From a virus (taxonomy: Duplodnaviria > Caudoviricetes), in the IMG/VR virus record IMGVR_UViG_3300043466_003828, positions 1,036-65,035 of that record: 64,000 bases of DNA, one strand, 5' to 3'. The translations under genes were made by a program, and so were the position numbers. The notes below the pieces were generated by a model. That model was not told the DNA's origin, searched no databases, and saw nothing but the letters and a program-made list of their open reading frames with translations. Position 1 is the first letter of the stretch. Each line of letters begins with the position of its first letter. Shown here piece after piece: positions 20,700 through 29,970 of the stretch.

Positions 20700-21697
20700 G
20701 CGAAGAACTTGTAAGACTATCTGCTAGCCGAATTAAAACTTTGCAGTCATGCAGTTGGAGCTACTATGCAAACTATGTACTAAAATTACCTCAGACAAAT
20801 AATTCTGGAGCAATGCGTGGAACCATTGCACACTTAATATTTGAAACCCTGTCCAATTCAAGGCATCACAAATATGTAAAAAAAATTGTTAAAAAGAACA
20901 CGTGCGAAGCAGTTCCCAGTGTGTGGCGTTTAATATTTAAAACTGCAAAAAAAATCGGCCTAGATTTAGACGAGATGGTTAAACCATTGAAAAAAGAGCC
21001 AGAAATTACTAATTTAAAGTGCATAGATGAAATGATTCTAGTTGGATTAGAATTTGATTTCATGGATATTAATGGCTTTATTGGCAGTGAGTGGGCATTT
21101 GACATCGTGAATGAAAGCCCAAAGTATCGTATAGTTGGATTCGTAGATAGATTAGTAAAAGAAAAGGATGGAAGATTAACGGTTAGAGATTATAAAAGTA
21201 GTAAAAAGCCATTTGATGCAGAAGAGCTTGAAAGCAATCTTCAAAGCATGATGTACACACTTGCGCTAAAGAAGAAGTACCCAAATGAATACAAAGAAAT
21301 CGTTGCGAAGTTTCTCTTTTTAAGATACCCAAAGGATCCAGAAAAATCCTCTCCAGTTTTTTCTGATATAGAGCTAGAGGGGTTCGAGCATTATCTCGAA
21401 CATATATCAAAATATTTACAGAACTTTAACGATGAACATGCAAAAACTAATTTTGCAAAGCATGACTTTAGTAAGAAGTGGATGTGTAAAACAAAATCTG
21501 GCTGGAAATGCCCATACTTGGAGCCAATATCCTACAAGGTTTTAGTTGATAAAGATAAAAAAATAATTAAATCAGTGTTCGCAACGCAAGAAATAGATCC
21601 AGAAGATATTAAAGAAGGATTCACGATTGAAAACCGTGAATACTCAGGATGTCCAGCTTGGGAAGTCAAAAAGCAGAAAGATGCATTTGACTTTTAA
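20696..21697 (+). CDS. PD-(D/E)XK nuclease (RecB/AddB/Cas4-like)
   Basis: LSASRI..C, GTIAH, GFVDRL, DYKSSK, QSMMY, C-terminal Cys cluster. Confidence 0.85.
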   Translation: MSEELVRLSASRIKTLQSCSWSYYANYVLKLPQTNNSGAMRGTIAHLIFETLSNSRHHKYVKKIVKKNTCEAVPSVWRLIFKTAKKIGLDLDEMVKPLKKEPEITNLKCIDEMILVGLEFDFMDINGFIGSEWAFDIVNESPKYRIVGFVDRLVKEKDGRLTVRDYKSSKKPFDAEELESNLQSMMYTLALKKKYPNEYKEIVAKFLFLRYPKDPEKSSPVFSDIELEGFEHYLEHISKYLQNFNDEHAKTNFAKHDFSKKWMCKTKSGWKCPYLEPISYKVLVDKDKKIIKSVFATQEIDPEDIKEGFTIENREYSGCPAWEVKKQKDAFDF

Positions 21698-21721
21698 ATA
21701 AAATACTGGTAACATCAGAGT

Positions 21722-22282
21722 ATGCAATATATCTGCGTAAATCAAATCAACGAACATGGTCTTAGGAAGTTTCGCCAAGAATTTTGGAATATAGATAGAA
21801 ATACAGATCAGCCAATCATACCAATAGTTATTGATTGTTATGGTGGTGAAGTATATTCAGTATTGGGGATGGTGAGCATTATAAAAAGCACTGAGAAGCA
21901 GGTTTGCACTATAGTTGACTCCAAAGCCATGAGTGCCGCCGCCATCTTGTTAAGCTGTGGAACCAAGGGCTTGAGATTCGCAAGTGAATATGCTCATATC
22001 ATGGTACATGAAGTGCTAACTGGAACTGGACAAACGAAAGTGAGTGATGTCAATATTGATACAAATCACGCACTCGCTTTAAATAAGCAGTTATTTTCAA
22101 TTCTCGACAAGAACTGCGGCAAGACAAGCGGCTTCTTCTACAAGGCTGTAGAGAGCAACAAGAATAGCAATCTATACCTAAACGCCAAACAGGCAAAGAA
22201 ATATGGCATTATTGATCACATCGACAGCCCAAGGCTAAACATCTCCAGAGAATATTCAATATCTACTTTAACCAATCAGTAA
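21722..22282 (+). CDS. clpP: ClpP-like protease subunit
   Basis: IDCYGGEVY, AMSAAAILL (Ser), IMVHE (His), AKKYGIIDHI. Confidence 0.8.
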   Translation: MQYICVNQINEHGLRKFRQEFWNIDRNTDQPIIPIVIDCYGGEVYSVLGMVSIIKSTEKQVCTIVDSKAMSAAAILLSCGTKGLRFASEYAHIMVHEVLTGTGQTKVSDVNIDTNHALALNKQLFSILDKNCGKTSGFFYKAVESNKNSNLYLNAKQAKKYGIIDHIDSPRLNISREYSISTLTNQ

Positions 22283-23029
22283 ATGATTCCAATATTCAGA
22301 TCCAATTATTCGTTGACCTCGATCCTTACCTTGGACAAGGCAACCAATATAAATGAAAGAAAGAAAAATCGTGCAGATTCTATTTTTGACATTTGTAATG
22401 ATCAGGGTCTTGAAGACGTATTTATTGCTGATAATAATTTAAGTGGAATGGTAGAGGCTTATGAAAACGCCTCTAGCGCTGGTTTAAACTTGCGCTATGG
22501 ATTCAGAGTCAGCGTCTGCAATAACATTGAAGATAAAACAGACGCATCCACACAAACAGAAGGCAAATTAATTATCTTCGCCAAGAAGGAAAACTTTACA
22601 GACTTGGTTAAACTTCACAATGTCGCCAATACTGTTGGCAGTTTCAATGGTAAACCTAGGCTTGATTATAATATTCTAAAAAAGAATTGGAGCAAGAATC
22701 TATTAATGTTAATACCATTTTATGATTCATTTATATTCAATAATTTATTGCATGGCCATTGCTGCATTCCAGATATTGATTTTGCAAATCCTTACATTTC
22801 AATAGAAAATAATAACTTGCCATTTGACAATACTATTAAGAAACAAATACAATCAAATATAAAATACGATCAGATTGAAAGCAAAACTATCTACTATAAG
22901 AACAGGTCTGATTTTAATGCTTATATGACTTATAGATGTATTTTAAATAGAACAAACTTTCAAAAGCCAGAATTGGCCCACTTTGGAAGCAGGGAATTCT
23001 GTATGGAGGCAATAAACAATGCAAGATAA
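22283..23029 (+). CDS. DNA polymerase III alpha N-terminal PHP-domain fragment
   Basis: FRSNYSLTSILT, ADNNLSG, LRYGFR, IIFAK align with the DnaE PHP domain, with metal-binding His residues lost. Confidence 0.7.
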   Translation: MIPIFRSNYSLTSILTLDKATNINERKKNRADSIFDICNDQGLEDVFIADNNLSGMVEAYENASSAGLNLRYGFRVSVCNNIEDKTDASTQTEGKLIIFAKKENFTDLVKLHNVANTVGSFNGKPRLDYNILKKNWSKNLLMLIPFYDSFIFNNLLHGHCCIPDIDFANPYISIENNNLPFDNTIKKQIQSNIKYDQIESKTIYYKNRSDFNAYMTYRCILNRTNFQKPELAHFGSREFCMEAINNAR

Positions 23030-23651
23030 TCTTTTACGTTTTCAGAAAAAGCAAAAGTATTTGGTCTTTGATCTGGAAACCGAATCATTAAATCTTGCTA
23101 ACTCTAGACCTTGGCAAATTTCTTGGTTAATTGCAGAGGGCAATAAAATCATTAAAAATGAAGATAGGTTCGTTTATTGGGACGACCTAAAAATGTCTGA
23201 TGGTGCTGCAAAGATAACGCGCTTCGATAGAGCCGCTTGGGCTAAAAAAGCAGAAGATCCTAAAAAGGTTGTTACTGATTTTGATAAATATCTTTATAAT
23301 AAAGATTATATAATTATTGGCGCAAACCTACTTGGTTTCGATGTTTATCAACACAATAACTTAAGAAGGGCAGTAGGACTAGAGACAGATTATTCTTATG
23401 TAGATAGAATTCTTGATGTACAATCAATACAAAAGAGTATATACTTGGGTATTAAATCAATACCAGAAGATCGTTCTGGTTGGAATTTCCAAATGCAAAA
23501 CTTTAGACAGCGAGGACTCAAAACATCGGTAAAACATCTTTCTAGCGTATATGAAATACCATACGATGAAAATCGTGCGCACGATGCTATTTACGATAAC
23601 GAGCTAGTGTTTTCTATTTTTAAAAAACAAATTTTTTCAATTGAAGTATGA
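23019..23651 (+). CDS. DEDDh 3'-5' exonuclease (DnaQ/epsilon-like)
   Basis: FDLETE, GFDV, AHDAIYD. Confidence 0.85.
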   Translation: MQDNLLRFQKKQKYLVFDLETESLNLANSRPWQISWLIAEGNKIIKNEDRFVYWDDLKMSDGAAKITRFDRAAWAKKAEDPKKVVTDFDKYLYNKDYIIIGANLLGFDVYQHNNLRRAVGLETDYSYVDRILDVQSIQKSIYLGIKSIPEDRSGWNFQMQNFRQRGLKTSVKHLSSVYEIPYDENRAHDAIYDNELVFSIFKKQIFSIEV

Positions 23652-26185
23652 GCGATAAATTTCTTAAAGAATTCGGCACAATAAAGATTGACAACGTAAA
23701 CCTTGTCCGTCTTCCTAGTATTAATCTTACCGATGAGGAAAAGACAGTTATTAAAAAATCTGTAACTAATAATGACGAGTTTTTACAACAATTAATTAAT
23801 AAGGGCTGGGTGTCTTTTAGGGATAAGGTAGACAAGACTCTGTGGCCTACATATATCGAAAGACTGCAAGAGGAGTTCTCTATTGTTCAGGAACTTGGAT
23901 TCGTTGATTATTTTCTATTGGTTTGGAGAGTAATTAACAAGGCCAGACAAATGGGAGCGTTCATTGATTGGGGTCGTGGAAGTGCCGCTGGTAGTTTGAT
24001 ATTCTTTTTAATTGGAGTAACAGGAGTTGATCCAATAGATAAGAAACTATTCTTTACAAGATTCATTTCCAAGGTAAGAGCAAAAAAAGAAATTATTGAC
24101 GGTGTAACATATATACAAGGAGATTTGGCACCAGATGTTGATATTAACTTGGGCGGGGTTAGAGAAGAAATAATCGAATGGTTAAAATCATGTTATCCTA
24201 ATAAGGTTGCCAAGATTTCAGCCCTATCAACATTCTCTGGCAAGATTCTAGTTAAAGATGTTTTTAAGATAATAAATGAGGCAACAGAAGAAATGGCGTC
24301 CGATCTTGCGGATACGATTGGCAAGGCCTTTGGAGTAGTTGAAGATATTGAAGATTCCTACAATAATAGCGAAAAATTTAAAGAATGGGCGGACGCATAT
24401 CCAGAGTCTTATGGCATAGCGTTAAAATTACGTGACCTAATCCGTGGAAAATCCACACATGCAAGTGGGTACTTTATTTCATATTATCCATTAAATGAAT
24501 TTATTCCTATTGAGCTAAATAAGGAAGGAGAAACAAGCATTTCATACGAAATGAATACAGCGGCAAAGTTTGGTATTAAACTAGATCTGCTTGGTTTAAC
24601 AAGTAATGAAATTATTAAGGATATCTTTGAGAACATTCCCGAAACAATTAACGATATCGATCTTGATACAAATATCGACGTTTATAAACATTTACAGAGT
24701 GATAACTTAAAGCCATATGGCCTTTATCAAATTAGTGCTGATTGCGCATATCGTGTTTGTCAGAAAATTAAACCAGCAAATATTCAAGAGCTTAGTGACG
24801 TAAACGCCATAGCAAGGCCCGGCGCTTTGGCCTATGAGGACAAGTATGTTTGTATGTCCGGTGAGCCACCGCATGAAAAATTAAGAGAAGTGTTCGCGGA
24901 AAGTAGAAACCTACCTCTATATCAAGAGCAACTTATTCAAAGCCTTGTTGCAGTAGGGTTTTCTGCAGATGAAGGAGAAATTATTCGTCGAGTTATTGGA
25001 AAAAAGAAAAGAGACGAAATGCCAAAATGGAAAGACAAGGTTTTTGAAACGTGCAAAAATAATGGTTTTGGCGAACAGGTCGCGGAAGCGATTTGGAAAG
25101 TTTGCAGTGATTCGGCAGATTATTCATTTAATAAGTCACATTCAATGGCCACGGCCTATCTTGGTGCACTTACGGTCTATCTTAAATATAAATATCCATT
25201 ACAATTTTTTACGGCATGCCTAAATGCTAGTCAAAGGCTTCCAGAACCAATGGAGGAAATCAGAAAAATACAACAAGAGTTGCCATATTTTAAAATTAAG
25301 CTACTGCCACCACACTTGCTTAAGTCTGATATGAAATTCACGATTGATGGAAACAATATTCGTTATGGATTAAGTGCAATCAAGGGAGTTTCAGATAGCG
25401 CCATGGAAAAATTAATTAAATTCCGTGGGGAGTATGACAGCAAGGTAGATTGTTTTGTTGCGGCAAAACAGGCCGGACTAAATATTGGCGTACTATCTTC
25501 ATTAATACAGGCCGGAGCTTTGGACGAACTGGATACAAAAAGAACAAGACTTGTTCTTGAGGCACAAACTTACAATCTATTAACAGATCGTGAAAAACGT
25601 CTAGTTAAAGATATACATGATCAGACTGAAAATAAAGACGTTCTTTCAATTATAAAGTTTTTGAATGAAAAAGCCCAAATCAAAGACAGTAGGTTCGAAA
25701 CCATTAAGGGCAAGTACAATACTTACAAAGACATCTATACTCTAAATAGCAGAAATGAAGAGGTTACAAACTACTTCTACGAACGTAACTGCCTAGGTTT
25801 TAGCTACAGTCAGAACTTAACAAAGCTTTTTAAAAAGAAAAACGCTGAATTTAATACGGTTGAATACATCAAAGAGAATAAGAAAGAAAACGATAGAGTG
25901 CTTATAGTCGGACAAGTGCTTGAATGCAAACAGTCCAAATCCAAGAATGGTAATAAATTCTATAAAGCGGTAGTTGCAGATGACACGGGAACAATTACTT
26001 GTTTACTATTTGATGGCAAGCAAGGCTTGTTAGATGAGTGCAAGCATGACAATGGTGGAATACTACCAGAAGAGGATGATATTGTTGCTATAAAGGGTAG
26101 ATTTAAGGGTAACGATGCGATTTTCGCAGACAAGATAATAAAGCAAGACTGTAAAATATATAAGAACATGCGTGACTTGAAATAA
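23648..26185 (+). CDS. dnaE: DNA polymerase III alpha catalytic core
   Basis: GRGSAAGSL, PDVDI, HASG, KLDLLGL, YQEQ, YSFNKSHS, YLKYKYP, GLSAIKGV, C-terminal OB fold. Confidence 0.95.
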   Translation: MSDKFLKEFGTIKIDNVNLVRLPSINLTDEEKTVIKKSVTNNDEFLQQLINKGWVSFRDKVDKTLWPTYIERLQEEFSIVQELGFVDYFLLVWRVINKARQMGAFIDWGRGSAAGSLIFFLIGVTGVDPIDKKLFFTRFISKVRAKKEIIDGVTYIQGDLAPDVDINLGGVREEIIEWLKSCYPNKVAKISALSTFSGKILVKDVFKIINEATEEMASDLADTIGKAFGVVEDIEDSYNNSEKFKEWADAYPESYGIALKLRDLIRGKSTHASGYFISYYPLNEFIPIELNKEGETSISYEMNTAAKFGIKLDLLGLTSNEIIKDIFENIPETINDIDLDTNIDVYKHLQSDNLKPYGLYQISADCAYRVCQKIKPANIQELSDVNAIARPGALAYEDKYVCMSGEPPHEKLREVFAESRNLPLYQEQLIQSLVAVGFSADEGEIIRRVIGKKKRDEMPKWKDKVFETCKNNGFGEQVAEAIWKVCSDSADYSFNKSHSMATAYLGALTVYLKYKYPLQFFTACLNASQRLPEPMEEIRKIQQELPYFKIKLLPPHLLKSDMKFTIDGNNIRYGLSAIKGVSDSAMEKLIKFRGEYDSKVDCFVAAKQAGLNIGVLSSLIQAGALDELDTKRTRLVLEAQTYNLLTDREKRLVKDIHDQTENKDVLSIIKFLNEKAQIKDSRFETIKGKYNTYKDIYTLNSRNEEVTNYFYERNCLGFSYSQNLTKLFKKKNAEFNTVEYIKENKKENDRVLIVGQVLECKQSKSKNGNKFYKAVVADDTGTITCLLFDGKQGLLDECKHDNGGILPEEDDIVAIKGRFKGNDAIFADKIIKQDCKIYKNMRDLK

Positions 26186-26238
26186 ATATTGATTTTTTTT
26201 AATTAAAAGTGTAATAATATATTACAAGACAATTATAT

Positions 26239-26631
26239 ATGAAGATCAATACAGAAATCAAGGCGTCCGAAGCAACTGGAGCGTTTTGCGCTACATTACT
26301 AAACGCTGCTACTGTAGCTCATATATTACATTTTCAGACCCGCAGTTTTTCACATCACGAGGCTTTAGGTGATTTATACGAAGGGTTGCCAGATTTTATA
26401 GATTCAATCGTTGAGGCATTTCAGGGAAAGACACAGTCTTTACTTCAATTTCCAGCACAATCAGTAACTACTCCAGCCAATGCCTTAGATTTTGTTATTT
26501 CACTAAACAGTTACTTATCATCCAATAGATATGTAGCATTCTCTGATAAGGACACAGAAATTCAGAATATTATAGATGAAATCGTAGTTCTCTTAGAGAA
26601 AACCATTTACAAATTAACATTCCTAGCCTAA
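26239..26631 (+). CDS. Ferritin/Dps-like four-helix protein
   Basis: HILHFQT.SFSHHEALGDLYE..IDSIVEAFQG and NIIDEI..IYKLTFL. Confidence 0.7.
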   Translation: MKINTEIKASEATGAFCATLLNAATVAHILHFQTRSFSHHEALGDLYEGLPDFIDSIVEAFQGKTQSLLQFPAQSVTTPANALDFVISLNSYLSSNRYVAFSDKDTEIQNIIDEIVVLLEKTIYKLTFLA

Positions 26632-26638
26632 TAACCTT

Positions 26639-27475
26639 ATGCCACTACCAAAACCCAAAAATCAAGAAAAACGTTCGGAATTTGTATCTCGTTGTATTGG
26701 CGATGACCAAACAGCAAAAGACTTTCCAGATCAGAAGCAAAGAATTGCTATTTGCTATACACAGTGGGAATCTGCAAAGAAAGAGGCAACTGCCATAGTA
26801 GGTAGTGGAGATAACGAAGTCTTGTTTTCCGCCCAAAAAACTTATGGCGGCAAAAAGCGTAGCGAATTAAAGAATAGCGATTTTCTTTACCCAAATGAAA
26901 GAAGCTTTCCTATCGTAACGCCAGCCGACGTTCAAGATGCCGTTAGTAGCTTTGGGCGCAGTAAAGGCAAAGATTATAATGATTTTAAGCGTAGGCTAGT
27001 AAAAAGAGTAAGATCAAAGGGTGCTAACTTTGTAAAAGCACTACCACAGTCTATTAAGGACGAATATAAAATCAAAGCATCGGAAGATAGTATTGAGGAC
27101 TATCAAAGCGAATTCTTTGGCATGTCATTATCCTCATTAAAATCAATTAAATCTAGGGTTGATGCTATTTTGGCCGCAGTAGAAGTTGACGAAAATGTTA
27201 AGTACAACCTAACAGAACCTTGGTTACAGGGAAAGATTGCTGTTATTGATGACAATCTTAAGGGTGTTGCTGATTACATACTATTTACGGATGAATCCGA
27301 GGAAAGCGAAAGCGAATCTGAATCTGAAACAGAAAATGACGACATGATGGATACAGAAGATTCGAATGAAATGGAAAACGAGTCCGAAGAAGAGACCGAG
27401 AACGAGTCGGAAGAAGACACTGAAGATGAAACAGAAGACCAAATGGGAAGTTCTCTTGGCATAAGCAATCTATAA
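26639..27475 (+). CDS. Modular probable internal head protein with acidic tail
   Basis: Short modules (PLPKP..FVSRC..QRIAICY; KRSELKNSDF..RSFPI; EPWLQGKI) followed by an E/D/S-rich tail. Confidence 0.55.
   Translation: MPLPKPKNQEKRSEFVSRCIGDDQTAKDFPDQKQRIAICYTQWESAKKEATAIVGSGDNEVLFSAQKTYGGKKRSELKNSDFLYPNERSFPIVTPADVQDAVSSFGRSKGKDYNDFKRRLVKRVRSKGANFVKALPQSIKDEYKIKASEDSIEDYQSEFFGMSLSSLKSIKSRVDAILAAVEVDENVKYNLTEPWLQGKIAVIDDNLKGVADYILFTDESEESESESESETENDDMMDTEDSNEMENESEEETENESEEDTEDETEDQMGSSLGISNL
27374..27421 (+). repeat. Two imperfect 24-bp tandem repeats encoding ENESEEET/ENESEEDT
   Basis: gaaaacgagtccgaagaagagacc followed by gagaacgagtcggaagaagacact. Confidence 0.6.
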
Positions 27476-27487
27476 TCATTACTAATA

Positions 27488-28084
27488 ATGAGCATTAAAT
27501 CGCAAATCCATAATAAAGAATTAATATTTGTTGTTAGTTTTTGCGATGATTGCGAGGAAAATTTTAGTAACGATCTAGCTGCAGAAGAGCTTACTGCTGA
27601 TAATCTTTATATTCCAGAAGAGAGCGAGTACGTAAGCAGGGAAGAAATTGCTTTTGACGAAGCAAGTATTCTTGAATATGACATTGCAAAAGAAAGGCCC
27701 GGACTTTGGGAAAATATAAGACGTAAGAAAAAAAGGGAAGGCAAAAATTATAAACCAGCTAAAGTTGGAGATAAAGACCGTCCTTCTCCAGATGCTTGGA
27801 AAAAAGCTCAGGGTGCCGAATATCAAGGTCAAAAGGTCACATTAAACAGGCCATTCAGAACTCCAAAAGGCCCAAAAAAATTTGCAGTATATACCAAAAA
27901 CCAAGGTGGCAATGTTGTTATTGTAAGATTTGGTGATCCAAATATGGAAATCAAGCGCGACAATCCTCAGCGTAGAAAAAATTTTAGATCAAGACATAAT
28001 TGCAATAACCCCGGCCCAAAATGGAAGGCAAGGTATTGGTCTTGCCAGTGGTCTTGGTCTCCTAACAAAGGCGTTGGGGCATAA
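27488..28084 (+). CDS. DUF6321-like basic-domain protein, probable internal virion protein
   Basis: GLWENIRRK module, then AEYQGQKVTLNRP..KKFAVY..VRFGDPNM..NFRSRHNC..ARYWSC. Confidence 0.65.
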   Translation: MSIKSQIHNKELIFVVSFCDDCEENFSNDLAAEELTADNLYIPEESEYVSREEIAFDEASILEYDIAKERPGLWENIRRKKKREGKNYKPAKVGDKDRPSPDAWKKAQGAEYQGQKVTLNRPFRTPKGPKKFAVYTKNQGGNVVIVRFGDPNMEIKRDNPQRRKNFRSRHNCNNPGPKWKARYWSCQWSWSPNKGVGA

Positions 28085-28126
28085 TATAGATTGACATAGT
28101 ATTAATTTTGTTTTATACTTAACAGT

Positions 28127-28411
28127 ATGAATGCATTATGGACAATTGAAGGATGTGACTGGCAGGAACATTTGGTTGCGCCAATAGATTCGAACCCTAT
28201 AGAAATAGCAACTAGAGCGTTAGAATCCATACTTGATAATAATATGTATGACAACGAACTCTCCCTTGGTATGATCATAATGATCACGCATGATAAGATG
28301 AAATCCATAGACGAAACATTTGTTTGCTACATGCCCACGATTTTGGCAAATGCAGGATATTACACTGAATCCGATAACCTTCAGAAAAAGATTGACCTAG
28401 TTCTAAAATAG
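28127..28411 (+). CDS. Hypothetical protein
   Basis: 94-aa ORF after a TTGACA-17-TATACT promoter. Confidence 0.65.
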   Translation: MNALWTIEGCDWQEHLVAPIDSNPIEIATRALESILDNNMYDNELSLGMIIMITHDKMKSIDETFVCYMPTILANAGYYTESDNLQKKIDLVLK

Positions 28412-28426
28412 CAATATTCTTATCTC

Positions 28427-28681
28427 ATGAAAACAATTACCGTATTGGCGCTCATGAGTCTTGCAAACCTTGCTATTGCTTCTGACATCAAACCAACAGA
28501 ATATAGACAGGTTACAATTATTGGTATTGGTAACAACTCTTTTAATGCTTGTAACGATGCAAATAATAGGGCGTTTAATAGTAAAAAAGTTTTTGTAGGA
28601 ACTCCTAATGTAGATCTTCGGCCCCTACCGAACGGTGGCTATATCTCTATTATTACTAGAACAGAAAAAGTAACACATTGA
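28427..28681 (+). CDS. Hypothetical protein with signal peptide
   Basis: MKTITVLALMSLANLAIA looks like a Sec signal peptide. Confidence 0.55.
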   Translation: MKTITVLALMSLANLAIASDIKPTEYRQVTIIGIGNNSFNACNDANNRAFNSKKVFVGTPNVDLRPLPNGGYISIITRTEKVTH

Positions 28682-28682
28682 T

Positions 28683-29936
28683 ATGTTGGAACTCTTGAGC
28701 TTTAACGAGTATCAGAAAATTCTAAACTCCTTAGTAAATCATCATGCAGTTTTTTATCAATTTTGGAGGTTAGTAAAACCTAGATATTGTAAAACAATAG
28801 ACACTGCTTGCGTTAGTTTCAATAATGATGGTAAATGCGTAGACTTTTTAATTAATAAAGATTTTTGGGATTCGATCTCCGAAGAGAAAAAACAATTTGT
28901 TATTTGTCATGAATGCATGCATGTAATTAATTCGCACGGCAAACGCATTGCCAAAAAGTTTGATCAATATGCCGAACAAGCAAATTGCGCTATGGATATT
29001 GTGGTAAATGAATCACTGATAAAGTATTTTGGCTTTAATAAAACGTCGATAGATCCCAAGAATGAATACGCTTGGTTTGATTCTTTTTTTAAAGATAGAA
29101 ATGACATTGTAAAAAACAATAGTTTTGAATATTATTTAAATAAAATTATAGAAGAAAATATAGAAGTGCCACAGGATTCGCGGTCTTATGTAAATAAACA
29201 TACTGGGCTTAATATCCCTAATAAATTTGCACAAGAAATAATAAATGCTCTTTCAGATGAGGAAGCAGAGGTTCTTAAAAACATTGCCGAACGAGCCGAA
29301 AATGGTAAAAAAGAAGATTCAAATGATAAAATCGCCGGAAGTGGTACTGGAGATTTGATTAAAACCTTGGACAAGAAACCCATGAAAAAGAAAAGCAAAT
29401 GGGAATCTATTATTAAAAAGTTTGTTAAAAGTTTTGGGAAAGAAGAAACAGATGAATCTCACTGGCTAGTAAGAGATCGCAGAATGCACAACTTAAGCTC
29501 AAGCATATTTCTACCATCCGAAATAGAATGTGAAGTAAGGAAAACAAATAAAGAGAAAATTAAAACTTATTTCTTTATGGACACTAGCGGTTCTTGCGAA
29601 GGGTTGGCTCAACGTTTTTTTAATGCGGCCAAAAGCATTGACCCTAATAAATTTGATGTAGAATATTACTGTTTTGATACTCAAGTATTTAAGGTAGATA
29701 TTAAAAAAAATAAACTATTTGGCTTTGGTGGCACTAGCTTTAAATGTATAAGTGATTTTGTATATAAACAAAAGAATGCAAATCCTTATGTTTGGGTATT
29801 GACAGATGGTTGGGGAGACTATCCCCCCATACCTGATAAAGAACAAGAAAAGTGGAGTTGGTTTTTAACTAAAGATAATTGCCAAAGATACATTCCGAGA
29901 GGGTGTAAAACATATCTTTTAGAAAATTTTGAGTAG
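28683..29936 (+). CDS. HExxH metallopeptidase-VWA domain protein (DUF2201-like)
   Basis: TACV, ICHECMH, ANCAMDIVVN, MIDAS motif DTSGS, GGTSF, LTDG. Confidence 0.85.
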   Translation: MLELLSFNEYQKILNSLVNHHAVFYQFWRLVKPRYCKTIDTACVSFNNDGKCVDFLINKDFWDSISEEKKQFVICHECMHVINSHGKRIAKKFDQYAEQANCAMDIVVNESLIKYFGFNKTSIDPKNEYAWFDSFFKDRNDIVKNNSFEYYLNKIIEENIEVPQDSRSYVNKHTGLNIPNKFAQEIINALSDEEAEVLKNIAERAENGKKEDSNDKIAGSGTGDLIKTLDKKPMKKKSKWESIIKKFVKSFGKEETDESHWLVRDRRMHNLSSSIFLPSEIECEVRKTNKEKIKTYFFMDTSGSCEGLAQRFFNAAKSIDPNKFDVEYYCFDTQVFKVDIKKNKLFGFGGTSFKCISDFVYKQKNANPYVWVLTDGWGDYPPIPDKEQEKWSWFLTKDNCQRYIPRGCKTYLLENFE

Positions 29937-29970
29937 ACATATCATTCAAGATGTGATATATTGATTAGTA

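Noticed and set aside
20696-21697. Cas4-like nuclease as evidence of CRISPR-Cas
   Set aside because: No cas1/cas2 or array is present, and solo PD-(D/E)XK nucleases are common in phage replication blocks.
1892-26185. Introns or inteins in nrdA/nrdB, dnaB, recA or dnaE
   Set aside because: Protein lengths are compact, with no splice-junction motifs or non-coding gaps.
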